NCBI GenBank assembly: GCA_028534125.1
Contig: CM052817.1
Location: 80,106,001 to 80,170,000, forward strand
Direction of reading: 5' to 3'
DNA length: 64,000 nucleotides
DNA from: Lama glama
Taxonomy: Eukaryota
The translations under genes were made by a program, and so were the position numbers. Every line of letters begins with the position of its first letter. The stretch's first letter is position 1. Below the pieces are notes generated by a model. The model searched no databases. It saw nothing but the letters and a program-made list of their open reading frames with translations, and had not been told where the DNA came from. Shown one piece after another: positions 11,512 to 23,899 of the stretch.

Positions 11512-11740
11512 CACACATTCATTCAGTTCACAGATATTTATTACGCAGTTGCTGTATTTGATGCACTCATAGGCGTTACAGTTAGAAAGATGAATATGAT
11601 GCAGTTCCTGCCCCAAAGCTGTATATAGTTTAGAGGAAAGTCAGATTGTAAGATAAATGAGTGTTATGATGATAAATGCTAGTATCTGGCAGCATAGGGT
11701 GCTGGAAGAATCAGAGGAGGGACAGCTAACCAAGTGTGGA
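11512..11740 (-). mobile_element. L2 3' end fragment
   Basis: L2-like sequence 'cattcattcagttcacagatatttatta...agatgaatatgatgcagttcctgcccc'. Confidence 0.55.
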
Positions 11741-12359
11741 GACTGACGGGATGGGTGGGCAGGGGTGCAGATATTAGCACTTAATGTTCAGCTTTTGAAA
11801 CAGGACTGAATTCTGGGCCCCTTCTTTGGCTGAAAGTTGAAAGCACTGATGGTCGTTTCAGTTGGTGTGTGTTCGTTCACCTAAGGAATAAGACCTGTGT
11901 TACTGTTCTCAATGTATTCTTGGAAATAGAAAGGAGAAATGTCTGATTGCTGTCTCGTGGGTCAGAGTGGAAACATAATCGTCGAGAGCCAGATGATGTG
12001 CTGTTTCCCCAGGTCAAGCCTTTGAATACTAGTAGCCCACTCAACTTAGAACATGTAGAATGAAAAGCTTAGAATACAAGTATAAAAAGCCTTGCAAGTA
12101 TGTTCAGTTTGTAATGAAATTAGAGATTTTTTTTTAAATAATGAAAACCCAGACCCACTCTATAAAACATCATTTTTCAGTTAGCATTCATATTGTCAGT
12201 GGACCCTCAGAAAGGTTTGATTTTAAGTCAGTTTGATGAAATTAGGAGGCTTGGAACAGTAGTTTCTCCAGGGTATGGCAAGTATATTCATGTGGTCGTG
12301 TGGATAGAGGATTTTTATTCACTCCAAAAGAGTATGGTTTAACTTCAGGTACAAAATAG

Positions 12360-12542
<183 letters not shown>

Positions 12543-13548
12543 TAAAAAGATTTGAGATATTTTTGATTTTTATTTTCAACACAAGCAGTAATAAATGAAA
12601 AACTCTCTTTTATAAGACATTCACAGCTGTGTACACTTTTCCTTCCTTCAATACCCTGGGAGTTGTAGCCCCTAAGTGTCATGATACAGAGCGAAGCCTT
12701 TCCCCGCAAAGTGGTGACACACACACTACCAGCCCTGTTTCTCCAGTTTGCTAGTTAGTTGTATTTCTCCACAGAAATGTTATTTCGAGTATGAAGGTCA
12801 TATCCTTTGTATGTAAGTATTTGATTACCCTCCCTGTTTTCAGCTGTTTGTCCTGGCGGCCGTTCATCATCTCTGAGACTCTAAGCCCAGAAGCTTCCCT
12901 GTATTCTCTGCCTCTGCCGTGTCTTCTGCTGCTTCATCAGTTGGTCTTCTCTCATCCCAGGGGTCGTCTGGAAATGTTTTGTAATCTCTTATCTGCTGAT
13001 GGCATGCCTCCATTCTTTTCATTGTTCTGGGCTTATTCTGTAAAAAAAAAAAATCCTTCATTGTGCCTTGCGGAAGAGAAGACTATAAACATGTACACTC
13101 AGTCCACTATTGGGAGCTAGAAATCTTCATGTTTCTACCTTAGCATTTAAGTCTGATGAGACCGAGGTTCCCATGGAGCTCCTGTGTTGGGTACACTGTT
13201 TGCTGGATGTAGTTTATGCTCCAGGCTGAATTACCTTACAGTTAGCGGGCCTTCAGTATGTTTTCTTATTGTCCTCTTTATCATTTAATGCCTTTGTCTC
13301 TTTCTCTAAATCCACCTTTCATCTCTTCCAATGTTTTCATTGTGGGATTATTCTTAATCTTCTATGAAAGATGTAATATTTATAAAAATTAGTTTTTTTT
13401 GTAACTTGTGTCAGATTGCAACTCCTTTGGGGTAAGGACTGTGTTTTGCAGATCCAGGTACTTGACTGTGCTGTTTTCTTCGTCATAAATTACTGATATT
13501 CTCCAAATATTTATTTTCTCATATTTTTATTTCCTGTGCTCTGGGCAG

Positions 13549-13706
13549 GTCTATACAGCCTGGCCAGTGGCAGGATTTCCTGGAGGCAAGGTTGGCCTGA
13601 GTGAAATGGCGCAGAAGAATGTGGGTGTGAGGGTTGGTGATGCCATCCATGTCCAGCCTATTTTGGGTGCTGTGCTGCAGGCCGAGGAAATGGACGTGGC
13701 ACTCAG
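13549..13706 (+). CDS. SPATA5: SPATA5/AFG2A coding exon 3 (158 nt)
   Basis: ggcag|GTC...CTCAG|gtttgg. Translates as [52 protein letters not shown](S), part of the CDC48-type N domain. Confidence 0.95.
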
Positions 13707-13738
13707 GTTTGGCTCTGCTCTTTGGTGACTGTCTAGAT

Positions 13739-14048
13739 CGGTGTTGCTCAGTAGAAATGTAATGAGTGTCATAAATGTGAATCACATATGTAATTTTGCA
13801 TATTCTAGTAGTTACATTTAAAAAGAGAAAGAAGTAATTGTAATAGTATATTTTATGTAACCAATATATGTAAAATCTTACTTGAGCTTACGTAACTATA
13901 AAAAACTATTAATAAGATTTTTCATTCTGTTTTTCAAACTAAGTTTTCAAAATCCTGGGTGTATGTTACACTTGTAAAACATCTACATTTTAAGCACGTG
14001 GTAGCCACACGCAGTGAGTGGCTAGTAGCTTCCTGTATTAGACAGCAC
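13739..14048. mobile_element. MER33/MER3-like hAT-Charlie DNA transposon
   Basis: 'tgctcagtagaaatgtaatgag...cacatatgtaattt...ttctagtagttacatt' and the end 'gtggctagtagcttcctgtattagacagcac'. Confidence 0.65.
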
Positions 14049-14709
14049 CAGGTTGGTGAGTGCTGTGTGATTTACGGGCTAGGGACTCTAACGACCTGGG
14101 ATTAGAGTATGCCTTGACATTTTAGGTGTGAGGAAGTTATTATTGATGGATGTTTAAGAGTGTTTTTCATCTTGGTTTGCAGTGTAATCAGGGCTTCTCG
14201 TCTTTTTTATGGTTGTACAGATCACTGTGAGTAGGCAAGAAACATTTTAATTTAATTAAGACTGTTCAAGCAAAGTATCTGATTGTATACTCTAACTCAT
14301 TGATTGTTCAGTCTAATAAAACAGTTATATATATCAGATTTTTAAATGGTTTCCCACCAAAAACTATCAGTATGGTTAAAGTATATTGCTCATTCTCTTG
14401 GATGTTCTGTATTTAATAGGATTTTTACTCAGCTTGCATATATTCAGATTGTATCAAAATTTGCTTTAGAAAGAATCTTTTGATATTTCAGTATCACGTT
14501 TTTAGCAATTTTGGAGATTTTACATTATATGCAAGAATCACAAAACATTTTCTAGTCATTAGCTTGATTTTAAAATGTTTTCTTTTGCTACTGTTGTAGA
14601 TTCTAAGCATGAGCTTTGGTGCATTTTTTTCCTTTTAAAAACAGGAAGATGTCTTCAGTGCATTTAATAACAGTTTAATGAGCAACAAAATAAAAGGAAA
14701 GAGAACAAA

Positions 14710-14880
14710 GCATATGTTGAGCACCAGCTGTGTACTAGTGCACACACACACATGTGCACACACATACACTTTTCCCCTTTTTCTTATTTGATCCCTTAAA
14801 CATTCTGCAAGGTATCCATTTTTATCCCTTTTTTACAAGTGAGGAAACGGGCTCAGTGAGGAGTGGTAACTTGCCCATTA
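14710..14880 (-). mobile_element. MIR SINE fragment with a short CA repeat
   Basis: MIR-like sequence 'tttttacaagtgaggaaacgggctcagtgaggagtggtaacttgccca'. Confidence 0.65.
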
Positions 14881-15438
14881 TTTTATGAAACAGTAGTACT
14901 ACTCAGGTTAAATAGGGTTAATCTTCAAACTTTTAGTGCTGCAGGTAGCAATAATCAGTTGACTGGATTTTTTCTGATCTTACAAGGGTGACCTCTTGAG
15001 GGTGCAGCAGTCTTGAGTGTAATGATTACCTGTTACGGAAGGACTGTGTATGTTTTAAATGGAACCTTGGTTTTTTTATTTTAAAGAACCTTGTGTTTTA
15101 AATGTGGCAGCAGAACTTAGACAAGAAACTTAATTTCCAATGAGAAAAATCAGTAATTTTAGTCTGCTGCTTAAATCCTTCATGATTTCATCTGAAAAAT
15201 TTTATTAATAAGGTTAGAGCGCCTTCTAGTGGAAATAATTTTATCTGCACTCGTTCTTTTTTTAAAAGCAAAATTGGTTATTTTTATTGTTCTTGTACAT
15301 ATTTGCAAGTATCTTCTTTTCACAGTTTAATAAATAAAAACAGTTCAAATATAAGTAGTTTCAGAGGTCTATAAACAAGTATAAGCATTTGATGCTTGAA
15401 ATTTTCTTACCTATTTTTCTCTCTTTTATATGAATACA

Positions 15439-15998
15439 CAGTTGACTCTCATTATTCGTGGAGTTATGTCCTGTAAAGTTGCCACAAACACTGAATTAAC
15501 AAATACTGAACCATTGCTCCCAGGGAGTGTGTGTCTGTATTTATTAGTTTAATACATATAAATATATATGAAAACATGTCTCTCACATAGATTATAACCT
15601 TAAATCCTTAAACAACTCATTCTGGTAGATTCTGTTTATTTTATGAAAGAGAAGAGGTGGCTCAGAAGTGTTAAGTGACTTTCCTGAAGCCACCTCACTA
15701 ACAGATGCCAGAGTTAGGACTCAAATCCCCTTCAGCTGGTCCCAGAGATGGAACTTTTTGCTCTATACTGTGCTGTCCCCTACCCTCTCCAGCTTCCATC
15801 CCCTCGTCACCTCTGAATAAAAGTTGAAACAAGGGATCTTTATCAAGCTCAGCTGGGAAACTCACATTTTTTTGGTTGTTCTACACACATCCATGAATGA
15901 CTGGAATGCCTGCAAATACTAATTTTTGGGTTACGGACACATTTTAGCAAGTAGGTGAATTTGTAAATGCAGAATCCTCAGATGATGAAGTTTGGCTG
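15439..15998. mobile_element. TcMar-Tigger non-autonomous element (MER82-like)
   Basis: Starts CAGTTGACTCTCATTATTCGTGG and ends GATGATGAAGTTTGGCTG followed by TA, forming degenerate terminal inverted repeats. The interior has 'aacactgaattaacaaatactgaaccattgctcc'. Confidence 0.7.
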
Positions 15999-16880
15999 TA
16001 TTGATTTTTTACTGATAGAGTGATTGGGAACAAGGCTTAGAGTTGGACCACATGGGCCTATTAATATACGTCTTTTCCTGAGCTAAACCATTCTCCCTCT
16101 GTGATCTCTGGCAGAGCTCACAGCCATAGGCTTCCTGCACTGATATGGGCTGCTTACACACGGAGAAGGAGGGAAAATGCACGTGGTTTAGGAACTCTCC
16201 AAGAACATGGTTCTTTACAAGTGTAATGATTTTTAGATGTGTTACTTCCTGTACTCAATCTCCCTGGAAGACACAGTTACCAATCTGAAGGAGGCTTTTT
16301 CATCTTGTCTTAGGCATGCGCTTTCTCTAGAATAAGAGAGAATTCCATTGCACCATTATTCTCTTTTTCTCTACCTCTTCAGATAATGTAATCTTTAGGA
16401 TTTAATTTTCCTAAAAGATAATTTATTAATTATACAAAGAGGATGATGTAAGCTATTAATAAAAGCCTTTCTCCAAGCTAAGCAGGTTCAGAAAGGAAGT
16501 GATTGAGGCCAGTGTTTTTCAAATGTTTTTGGTTATGACACATAATAAAAAATATATTTTTCGTTGTGATTTATTGTACATATACATTTACAGATGTAGT
16601 GAAGATATACACACACCTGAGTATATCAGTCTGTGTATGTGTAAGAGAGTAAAGAACGTTCATTTAGGCCACTCAGCACCAAATTGCAAATAATATTTTC
16701 ACAGCTATAAGAAGTATATGAGAAGTATAAATCATTCCAAAATTGTACAAATCATTTCCAGGTTGTAAACTAATGATTCTTTTGATTTTGTCTGCGTTAC
16801 AATAAAACATGTACATGTTTTATTACATTTTATTTTCTGGTATACTTAATGCTAATTTTTATTTCCCCCACCCTTTACAG

Positions 16881-16939
16881 TGATAAAAATGCAGATATTA
16901 ATGAAGAACAACTGACTAGTTGTCTTCTGAGAAAACTAG
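16881..16939 (+). CDS. SPATA5: SPATA5/AFG2A coding exon 4 (59 nt)
   Basis: tttacag|TGAT...CTAG|gtgaga. Translates as (S)DKNADINEEQLTSCLLRKL(D). Phases match both neighbours. Confidence 0.93.
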
Positions 16940-17554
16940 GTGAGATATATATTTTAAATAGTTTTCTAGATTTTGGAAAGTAAGGCAGTAGCAAATAAAC
17001 TAGTCTGTCTTTGATGTCTTACATACATTTTTTTTGATAATGTAGAGAATATTCTCCTCAATGAATTAAAGTCATTTTAAGATAGGGATGTAGTGTGTCC
17101 CTATCTCCCCCAAAGCTGCTGAATAATTTACTGGCAGTTGAGCAATGGAGAGAATTTATGACTTGTCAGTGAACAGAGTCAGTGGGAGAGCTAAGACTTC
17201 TAACCTTTGTGCCCTTGAGGAATGTAGTCTTGGAGTGTTGGTTTTGGTGTGCCATTTTAGTTTTGTTCATTATTGCACCTGGAATGCCTGGCTGTTTGTG
17301 GATATGGTTTATAGAATCCTAAATATATTGAGTATAGAGGATTTCAGAGAATCATCTTGTCCTTATTCTGTCTCCAGATAGTGCTGTAATGTAGCCAAAT
17401 ACTAGGTCTTCTGTTTCTCATGACAGTTATTAATACTTCCATCTTGATTTAGTCTTTTCAGATAGCTTTGTTAATAGATGAAATAAATTGCTATTTAAAT
17501 TGTAAACGGGTGAAAAATTGTGTTAACATACACATTTAATAAATTGTTTTGCAG

Positions 17555-18199
17555 ATGGCAAGATTGTGTTACCGGGCAACTTTCTATATTGTACATTCTA
17601 TGGACGACCATGCAAGTTGCAAGTGTTGCAAGTGAAAGGGGCAGATGGCACGATGTTGAGAAGGGCTCAGAGTGACTCTGACACTGATGCCCAGGGAATG
17701 GCCTCTGAGCTGTCCAGCACAGAAACCAGTACCCTGGATATATCTTTACAGCTAAGCCAGTTAAATCTGGAAGTGCCTCGAAACCCAACATCAAGCAGTA
17801 CTCCTTACAAGACAGTAGATGACAGAATGATAAATAAAGCTGGTGATGTTTTGTCCGATGTTACAGAGAGTCCTGGAAACAGTAGCGGACTTGGACTAGA
17901 GGAATTCACAGGTCTTAAATGTAGTTTTGAGTCTTCCAGAGAAGGAAATGGGCAGCCTGTCAATGAAGAGAGATCGCTGAAGTCATCCACCATGGGAGCA
18001 AAGTGCAACACTGATACCTTTTATTTTATTTCTTCGACAACGAGAATCAATTTTACAAAAATTCATACAAATTCAAAAAATCAGGACAGCCAATTCAAAG
18101 TAACTTATGACATGATAGGCGGCTTACATAGTCAGCTGAAAGAAATTAGAGAAATAATTGAATTGCCTCTAAAACAGCCTGAACTTTTCAAGAGTTATG
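17555..18199 (+). CDS. SPATA5: SPATA5/AFG2A coding exon 5 (645 nt)
   Basis: ttgcag|ATGGC...TATG|gtatga. Translates as [18 protein letters not shown], a Ser/Thr/acidic insert, then VTYDMIGGL...[16 protein letters not shown]. Confidence 0.97.
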
Positions 18200-19087
18200 G
18201 TATGATTTTTTCAGTATATTACAACCAAAAGAGTTCAGTTCAAACTGAAAAGCAGTTGGCTTATTCCACTTATCAAATGACTGTTCACCTCTTTTCCTGC
18301 TTTCCTCCCTGAGTAGGAGTTATGGTAGGAGGTATGAGTTGCTTTGGGAGGTGCCAGTTAAATGAGACTTTCTATGCTTGGTCTCTTTAGGTTGTAATGT
18401 GAGTTTGTTGCAGCCTTGTCTCTTCCAGTTGCACATTTCCACACTTATTTGCATTGGATGTATCTTGTCTTGCTACGTTAGCTGTAATAACAAAAGAAGT
18501 AAACCAAAAACGTTCAAATAGATTGGATAAAACTTCATCCAGGAAATGTAGCTGTGTATAGATCTCTTTGCAGTGAAGCCAGTGGTTCAGGGAATGACTT
18601 GGCTCCTAGGAAACTCAGCGTTTCCTCTGAAACTCAGGGCTTCTTCTGCATGTTCTTGGCGCATACCATCTCTTTCTCTGCTTTTTCCTTTTCTGTGAAT
18701 CTTTATGTATATAAAATGAACCCTTGTATTGAATTTTGCTGGTAGTGCCTATATTCTCCTAGATGGCTAGTTGGATTACAGTTGGGATTAGTGCCTTGTT
18801 TTGGGTGCCCTCCTTGTCTAGGCTTTGTTTTCTGATCATTGAACTGTGCTGTGTGGGATGGGGCATGAGAATAGTGTAGGTGTCCAGCCAGTTTGTCAGT
18901 AACCAGCCTTGCCTGGTTGGGTCTACAGAGAGAAAAAGTCATTGCTGGAGATCAGTGTTTGGGCTAGTTATTATGTCTTTCTGGAGGGAAAAAAGAAGGT
19001 CTGACACTCTGGTTTTGATTCAAGGTAGATTTATAACTTATGTTTGAAGTCATATGACAGCACTTAAAAGAAACCTAATAATGCTGA

Positions 19088-19246
<159 letters not shown>

Positions 19247-19354
19247 TAGGTGCAAAACTTAATAGACTAAACAATACTATTAGATATATTAAATGCCATT
19301 AAAAAATGGCTACATAGCATTCTGTCTGGATATTTCATACGGTGAAATATTTTA

Positions 19355-19722
19355 TTTATTTAAGTATAGTCAGTTACAATGTGTCAATTTCTGGTCTACA
19401 GCATAATGTCCCAGTCACGCGCATATATATGCATATATTTGTTTTCATATTCTTTTTCATTAAAGGTTATTACAAGATACTGAATATAGTTCCCTGTGCT
19501 ACACAGAAGAAATTTTTAAAAATCTATTTTTATATTTATATATAATGGTTGACATTTGCAAATCTCAAACTACCAAATTTATTTCTTCCCACCTCTTTTC
19601 CCCTAGTAGCCAAAAGATTGTATACTATGTCTGTTTCTGTATTGTAGAAGAGTTTATTGGTATCTTCTTTTTTCTTTTTTAGATTCCACATATAAGTGGT
19701 ATCATGGCATTTTTCTTTCCAT
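19355..19722 (-). mobile_element. 5'-truncated L1 3' end with 12-bp target-site duplication
   Basis: L1 3' UTR sequence ('gtatagtcagttacaatgtgtcaatttctgg', 'tttagattccacatataagtg') flanked by TGAAATATTTTA at 19343-19354 and 19723-19734. Confidence 0.85.
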
Positions 19723-19889
19723 TGAAATATTTTAAATTTGCTTTTTAATGTGTATAAAAATTAAGTTTGGAAAATAATTTTTGAAAGTAGTCTTAAGTAT
19801 TCTGGAAATGTCTGAAAAATCAGAATTTCTATAGACAGAACTTTAAAAACAACAAGAGTTAGTCTTTAAATGTATTTTATTTGTTACAG

Positions 19890-19946
19890 ATTCTACGGGG
19901 AGACTGAAGCAAGGTTACGTCAGATATTTGCTGAAGCCACTCTGCG
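19890..19946 (+). CDS. SPATA5: SPATA5/AFG2A coding exon 7 (57 nt; pore loop)
   Basis: ttacag|ATTC...CTGCG|gtattc. Translates as (K)FYGETEARLRQIFAEATL(R). Confidence 0.96.
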
Positions 19947-20162
19947 GTATTCTTTATTTTTGGATGTTTGGAATTAGTAGTCAGTCTGTTTTAATCAAAG
20001 TAGAAACAGTAGCACTTTATATGAAGCATGAACAAAAATAATAGAACAAAAATAATAGTGATAGCACTGGATACAGATTATAAATCTAATGAAGTTCTAT
20101 CTAATCTATTTCTATCTAGTATTGTTTTGGAAATGTGATAAATAAGGAATTAAATTACATAA

Positions 20163-20437
20163 TGTAGGAAAAGGTACAGACTTCCAGTTGTAAAATAAAT
20201 TATGGGGATGTAATCCACAGCATGGTGACTGTAGTTTATAATACTGTATTGCATATTTGAAAGTTACAAAGAGAGTAGATTTTAAAAGTTTTCATTACAA
20301 GAATAAAGTTTTATGCCTGTATGGTGACACCTTGAGCTAGACTTGTGGTGATCATTTCACAATATGTATGTGCAGATGTTGAATCATTATGTTGTATGCC
20401 TGAAAGTAATGTAATGTTATATTTCAACAATTTAAAG
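20163..20437 (+). mobile_element. L1MA-type 3' end fragment, sense orientation
   Basis: 'aaaggtacagacttccagttgtaaaataaat...gcatggtgactgtagtttataatactgtattgcatatttgaaagtt', flanked by AATTACATAA at 20153-20162 and 20438-20447. Confidence 0.8.
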
Positions 20438-21390
20438 AATTACATAAGGTAAAAGAATTAAGACAGTACTAAGTCATATGACTTTGCTTAAGCATATAAA
20501 TTTATGATTTTCTTTCTTTTGAGTACTCAGATATAGCCAGTGTATCTAGTTCTTTTAGTAGACTATTATAGTTGCTCTTTAGGTTTAAAACTTTGTTTTA
20601 TTACACTCTGCTTCAAAGGGACAAATCTTTGCTCTTTAAAAATGATTTGTACTAATTGTCAGTTTGGGCTACCATCGTTACATTGCAAGTTCTTTTAGAG
20701 TGTGGTCTGTAACTTGATCTAATGTCATGTTATTTATAATATGGCTATATCTCTTTCATTGTGTTGGTATTTAACTTATAATTTCCGCTTTCTTATCAAA
20801 ACTTCCATTAAAATACTTTTTTTCCGGCGATAGTAGATGATATAATAGTTTTTACTCCCAATCCCGAAGATTTGAGAACCAGTGGTACACCTCATTGTGT
20901 AGTATGTTTTCACTGTTGCTGTTGTTACGTTCCTGGCAGTTGAGGTTTCCTCTTAAGAGAGAATTTTCATCTTTTTATGGGAGAATTGATCATCTGGAGA
21001 GGTTGTTTTTTTTTTTTCTGTCAATTAAGAAAAAGAGCATTTCTACTTTCTATCCCTTGAACTTTAAACTGGCTCCAAGGACTAGCATCTCTGGTCTTGG
21101 CTTGTGAATTGATCCAGGCATAGTAGTTTAGTGGGCATTAGTGGGCTGGTTCTGTCTGGTAATAGACTCTCATCTCATGAGCAATTGACTGTTCTCAGTA
21201 CTCTGCTGTTAATTGAGGGCAGATCTACTAGAGTGTAATATTGGTGAGTTAATAATATGGGCTAAAATTAATCTAAGATTTTTCAGCTTAACATCCTATT
21301 GCTTTTGTCTTTAATATTATTAACTAAATTGTAAGTTAGATGTGTTGCATTTCAACTAAAAATTAAAATGACTCAGTTTCAACTTTTTAA

Positions 21391-21636
<246 letters not shown>

Positions 21637-23626
21637 TGAAGTAGCAAAAACTATTAAGTATGCCTGAGTTTGGGGGTTCTCTAGGGCAAGGGAAAAATGT
21701 TAACTGTACAAACTAGAGGAAAGAGCCATAAAATAATTTTCTTCAGTGATTTCTTAGCGACAGGACAATGTAACCTAGCCTGTTTTTGTAGCATATAAAA
21801 TTACATACAATGAGAAATTTCTTTTGTAATAAATGATATTAACCTAAAAACCTGAAGCAAAAATTTAGTAAGGAAAATTTAGCAGTTGAATTTTAGGGGA
21901 TTTTACGAAGAAATTTCATGAGTAAGTCTTAATACTCTTTTAAAAATTGATTCTTTTGGGATTTTAAGTTTGGCAAGTGAAAGGATAGGAAGTGAGACTA
22001 ATGGAAATGTGTTTGTACAACATTTTAAAAGAATTTCCTCTTGTTATGAGATTCTCTGATAGTGCATACAATCTTATATTAATAAAAACTATGTGCTGAT
22101 TATGAAAGGGAGAGCCATGGGACTGGTAGGGAAGAGGATGAAGAAAACTCTTCTCAGACCTCTGATAGCCATTTACTAGAAGAATACGCTTCTCATGCAA
22201 GATTGTAAATAACTCATTTTTTAGAATCATAATACAAGTTAGAACCAAAACATTTTTTAGAAATCATGGCATCCTAAATTCCTTCTTTTGCCCATTGAAA
22301 AAGTGGACATTTAGAAATTTTTGGATTTACTGCCTATTGGTAGAAACCGAACATGTGAGAATAACATGAAGGTTTCATATTGTCTCTGTTGTTTGCTAAG
22401 CTGTGTCACAGTTTTCATAGTAACACGAGAGAAGGGTTGTTACCTGGGGGAAGCTGAATGACCACGTGGTTCTCAGTCTTGGGGAGTACCTAGGAGTGAT
22501 CAGCATGTCCCAGGTTTGGTTCTCAGCTTGTCAAGTCTGAGAATTCAGTGTTGTTAGTATGTTGGAGGTAGTGGGGCTCTGAGGATGACAAACGGTGGCA
22601 ACACTCAAGAGAGTGATTAAACTGGGACACTGGTTTGTCTGTTTACAATAAGAAATAGAATTATTTAGCTGACCAAATAGTTTATGAAGACAAATAGATG
22701 TGGAGAGTGGCATTATATAATTAGGTTTTCGACGAGTAGGAAATCAGATGGAAGGCTCTGTGTTGGAGGATCTTAATTACCATATCATTGCTGCCTCTTT
22801 CTGTGCCACCGGGATAGCCTGCTGTGAACTAATGTTCTTCACTCTGGGCAGGACTGGAAGCATGTGACAGTGAAGTTTTAGTCTGAAAATATTTAAAGGG
22901 TCTGTATTTTTGTCTTTGAAATAATTTGTACATTTATTGTAATCCACCTTTTTCTGTTGGCATATCTAGTATAATTGATTAGGTTTGTGTTTTTTTTCTT
23001 CAAATCACATTCAAGTTAAGCTTGTCTCTGTGAGATTATGCTTGAGTCATCTGCATAGAACGTTGGATAATTTCTTCAGGTGGCTGATCATGATCATAGT
23101 TCTTTATAGTTTGTTGTTCCAAATTTTATTCTTAGTGAAAAATCCATGTGTGTTCAAGGATGTCTGATACTTAGGTGTTGGTTATATTGTTGTGAAGATT
23201 TTCAGGAATTTAAAAATTTACCAAAATAAACAGTCTATAAGTGAGGAAGATTTCTTAGACAGTTGTGTAGTAGAGCCTTGTTCTGTTTGCTTTCAAGTAG
23301 GGAAAAGGACACCTTAAAACAATTAAATTAAAACAGCTATATAGGATAGAGTATTATTTGTTATTATTCGTGAGAATAGTGTAGTTAAGATGCTAGAAGT
23401 GAAAGAGACATCATTTACAATAGACGGAGAGCTAAGTATTGGAAAATTTTCTAGGTGATGGAGCAGTTAGAGTTGGGCAATGTGGGATGAATAATGAAAT
23501 TTGGGAAATAAGGGATAGGACTTAGCAGCCTGGATAGTTAGATCCATCCTTGACTATATTGCTAGCGCTTATTTTTAAATTTACTTTTAGAAGAATATAT
23601 AATTTATTTTTATCTGATTTTGTTAG

Positions 23627-23899
<273 letters not shown>

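Noticed and set aside
18200..18312. ORF extension beyond SPATA5 exon 5 (similar extensions at exons 8, 9 and 10)
   Set aside because: This is read-through into intron past canonical GT donors, and similarity to the protein ends at the donor.
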